The notes under the pieces were generated by a model. The model searched no databases and was not told the DNA's origin. It worked only from the letters and a program-made list of their open reading frames with translations. From assembly GCF_001949145.1 (NCBI RefSeq), contig NW_019091359.1:2952861-3016860 (forward strand): a stretch of DNA of 64,000 bases, in the 5' to 3' direction. The number at the start of each line of letters is the position of its first letter. The stretch's first letter is position 1. Below are positions 60,768-64,000 of the stretch, in pieces. Made by a program: the position numbers and the translations under genes. The DNA comes from Acanthaster planci (Eukaryota).

Positions 60768-62079
60768 CTGTAAAGATGGCAATAAAAAAAACTTGTTACA
60801 GACCCCCCAACCCCGGATAAGATCAGTTCTGGTTACTTTCCAAAATGAGCACAACCAGGATTTCCTTGAGGAGAAGTCATGAAATTGTCCAGCATGCATA
60901 ACGTAACTAAAGCAAGACCTGGGAAGGGATGGGAAGGGAATGTTGTGACCCTTATAGCTCAATTCCTGTCCTGATTAGAATTCAGATATCACTCTTAATG
61001 ACCTGTTACTTTCAAATGTTGACACAAAAGTCAGAAGTGATATTCTAGCCAACTATTACAACAATCCTTACAAATAATAAAGCCTTAATTTCCTGTGGCA
61101 GAAAAGTGATATCGAGGGAACAATCCAGGCCTAGGGAATTTTTCTCGTCGACTTCCTTCTGGATAAGACCCAGTTTTCACATTACTTGGCTCAAGCTATT
61201 CAATTTGCAATACCTCATCGATCACTGCTTTCAGTTAGACAGCGGAAGCATTAGGACTATGCTTGAAGTACATTTACATCATCTCCCCAGTTCTGGATGG
61301 GAACTGGACAAGGGCCAACTGTACTTTTGCTTTCTGAAAATGTTCATTTTGTCTGTTTGATAAAACATCTAAAAAAGGCTCATCATCTGAAGGAATTCGA
61401 TCTTTGTGACTGTTTTGATGAAGTGACGTATCTGCACACCAACTGCAAAACCATGTTTTGAGAAAATCATATTTGAAATGATCGATTACTCAAATTGGGT
61501 TTGGCATACCTTTTTGAAGCACTGAAAACCTTTCATCTGATGTGAGCAGCAATAGACCATTAGTTGAAATGCCAACAAATTGTCTGTTTTCATTAATCCA
61601 GGTTTAATTAAGCGACATTAATTCGTGAAGATGGATGTCACTTTGTCAAAACAGCCATCCTAGAGTGCACATCACATGGCATATGTTTGTACACATCTCA
61701 TGTGTTGCAGACCACAGATTTGTCATGTTTTCAAAGTGCACAGTGTGGAGGCAAAACGTATGGCACAGGTGAAAGAGATTTGTTAGGTACCTTCATCAAA
61801 CGGCAACACTGAGTCTGGGCATGTACCAGCACATGGCTTTGTGTAATTAATAAACAACGTAATTCTTTCTCCAAATTTGGTAATCATGCATCATAAAATG
61901 TCAGAATATTCAAAAATCTCAAATTGCCTACAATCTCAGTTTTGGGTGGATTCGTCAGTTCATCGAAACGGTGAGAAATTTTCCAAAATATCAGGTATTT
62001 ACAAATATTAACTGCAGCATCTCGTATGGTCACCACCTACAGATCTACAAGCTATGATCCTACATACTTGGCTTTAAAA

Positions 62080-62130
62080 CCCTAACACTCCTCAGTCCTC
62101 CAACAGGTGAAGGATTGAGGAGGGTTAGGG
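62080..62130. mobile_element. 51-bp fold-back element of the CCCTAAC-ended family in a CRYZL2 intron
   Basis: CCCTAACACTCCTCAGTCCTCCA-ACAGG-TGAAGGATTGAGGAGGGTTAGGG, arms 20/23. Confidence 0.65.
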
Positions 62131-62194
62131 TTCATTGGGCTAAACTGCAGAATTTCAGACTGATTTCGGTGTACATGTGAATGCATCAACTCAC

Positions 62195-62423
62195 CTTCTC
62201 CAGAGGGAAAGTCTTGCAAACATGGGGTCTGATCTTGCCCTCCTTGAAGAACCTGATGCAATCTTCCACTGACTGACGGCTTCGGGGCGGGTCATGCATG
62301 CGATAGTTGCCCCAGAACAGACCCATGGCCGAGATGTTCTTGACCAGCAACAAGTTGGCTGGAATCTTGGGGATGTCTCCGCTGGCAAAGCCAATGACAA
62401 CCAGACGACCTTCCCAGGAAATG
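62195..62423 (-). CDS. CRYZL2: Quinone oxidoreductase-like protein 2, penultimate coding exon
   Basis: ctgcAG|C ... AAG|GTGAGT. ISWEGRLVVIGFASGDIPKIPANLLLVKNISAMGLFWGNY...HVCKTFPLEK. WEGR and NLLLxKNISAMGLxWG are recognisable CRYZL2-type motifs. Confidence 0.9.
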
Positions 62424-63457
62424 CTGCAGTGAGGAGGCGATTTGTACTGGGATAAACAGAAGATTCTATGCTTTATGATAACTTGGCCTTGAAACTGTGC
62501 CAAGACCTATTGACTGAGCGGCCTAAGTACCATCCTCTATCAACTGATAACATGCAGATGCCTATCACATTCAAATTGCCACTCAATACTCAAAGTCCTG
62601 GCAAGAAATTTTGGGGTCGGGTCTGTCCAAGAAAAAAAAGTTTCCCATCCAGTTTTCCTTATGTTGAGGAGGCATCCTTTTAACGTTTTTATTTCGCATT
62701 TTTTCTAAGGTGCCAAATGGATTGTCGTGACTTTTTTGCTTTTTGTATCTAAAGAAGTTGAAATTATAACTAATACGTTTTACACTTGCATTTAAAGTAA
62801 ACTATTATGGTAGCGATAATAAGTCTTGATGCACTGTAAATAAAAAAGAACCACAAAAACAAAACATTCGTAAATAAAGTAAAAGGTTTGTGGTAGCACC
62901 GTGCAAGGAGGTCTATTTTGTGAGTATACGTGGGTCTGAAAAGAACCGGAGGGTATTCAACATTTTCAACAAAATCAAAATGTTATTGACAACAACTGAG
63001 GAGTTCTGTGATGGTACATCCACTTTGCCATCACAATTCAACTTTTGCCTTAAAAATTACACTCTTTTCCCAAACAGTTTTGCACAGACGTACATATATG
63101 TGACCCACCATTCCAGAACAAGGCTGAGGTAGGTAACTTCATAACTCTAAAATAGTGGAACTTCCACTGTTCAGATTTTCATGGGAGTTTTACAGCTATC
63201 ACTACCCGTAAGAAGCTTACTGCAGACAGAATGTCGATTCAACATGGATCACTTTAAAGTGTAAAACAAGCGGAAGGAGAGGAATTGTCCAACATCACAA
63301 ATACCGACTTCAGCCTGGTTTGGGGATGGGGGGTCACATAATATGATTGAAATAGTCTAACATCTTCCAGATTTGAAGAGGGGTAGCTGATCATTGTTTT
63401 TTGGTTTTTGGGAGGGTAGCATTGTTGCATAATATAGCATTTCGTAGTGCCACTTAC

Positions 63458-63639
63458 CATCTCAAGCATTCCTTCCAGACATCTCCACCTACTGCATCCA
63501 TGATCACATTGGCTCCTTTTCCCTGTGTCAGTTCCTTAGTCTTCTCTCGCAGATTCTCCTGTTTGTAGTCGATAGTAGCAAAGGCACCCTTGTCGCTTAC
63601 CAGCTTGCATTTCTCTGGGCCTCCTGCAGCACCAATGAC
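63458..63639 (-). CDS. CRYZL2: Quinone oxidoreductase-like protein 2 (zeta-crystallin/MDR family), internal exon, upstream exons lie beyond the window
   Basis: Minus strand acAG|GTC ... TG|GTAAGT. VIGAAGGPEKCKLVSDKGAFATIDYKQENLREKTKELTQGKGANVIMDAVGGDVWKECLR. Confidence 0.88.
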
Positions 63640-64000
63640 CTGTATGGATTACAAAGTAGTTCAAAAATGAGCACGCAACTTGACTGGAAATGAAGAAAGA
63701 TCAGATCCTGATTAAGAGAGTGACAATTCCTTCCTCTGTTTCATCTCGTTCCCAGCTGTAACCCAGAGAGGATGGTGCTCACGCATTGATCCAAACGATC
63801 GAAAGTCAGACATGAATGTGACTGTAAATCTGGCTTCAATTTTCATGGTTGTGCTAAGCTCAGACCTATGCTTAAAATCATTCTCTATAAATACACTCCA
63901 TCACAGAAATACTGTGATTATTAAGAACCATGGATCGATGGATGGATCGGTGGCATACCACATGTTCAGTCCCGGAGGAGTAGAATGGAATGTTTTCTGT

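Overview
Eukaryotic genomic DNA, most likely an invertebrate animal (AT-rich, CpG-depleted, GT-AG introns, three N gaps). No prokaryotic features, CRISPR arrays, rRNA or tRNA genes were seen. The + strand carries an FGD6-like Cdc42 GEF (Pro-rich N-terminus, DH, PH1, FYVE, PH2). I traced it by hand as 17 phase-consistent coding exons from 42642 to the TGA at 56756, plus a candidate start exon at 38483. The - strand carries the last three coding exons of a convergent CRYZL2-like quinone oxidoreductase (63639 to 60696). The first ~42 kb has no convincing gene. It holds many short TIR elements of several superfamilies (hAT-, Sola2-, piggyBac- and Tc1/pogo-like, with Kolobok-like and further copies inside and downstream of the FGD6-like gene), LINE relics, a perfect 20-bp minisatellite and palindromes. 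The most striking pattern is a large excess of TA-delimited modules (TA-CATG-TA, TA-CCGG-TA, TA-CAG-TA and chains of them) that resemble accumulated Tc1/mariner excision footprints. All coordinates and counts are hand-read and should be confirmed computationally.
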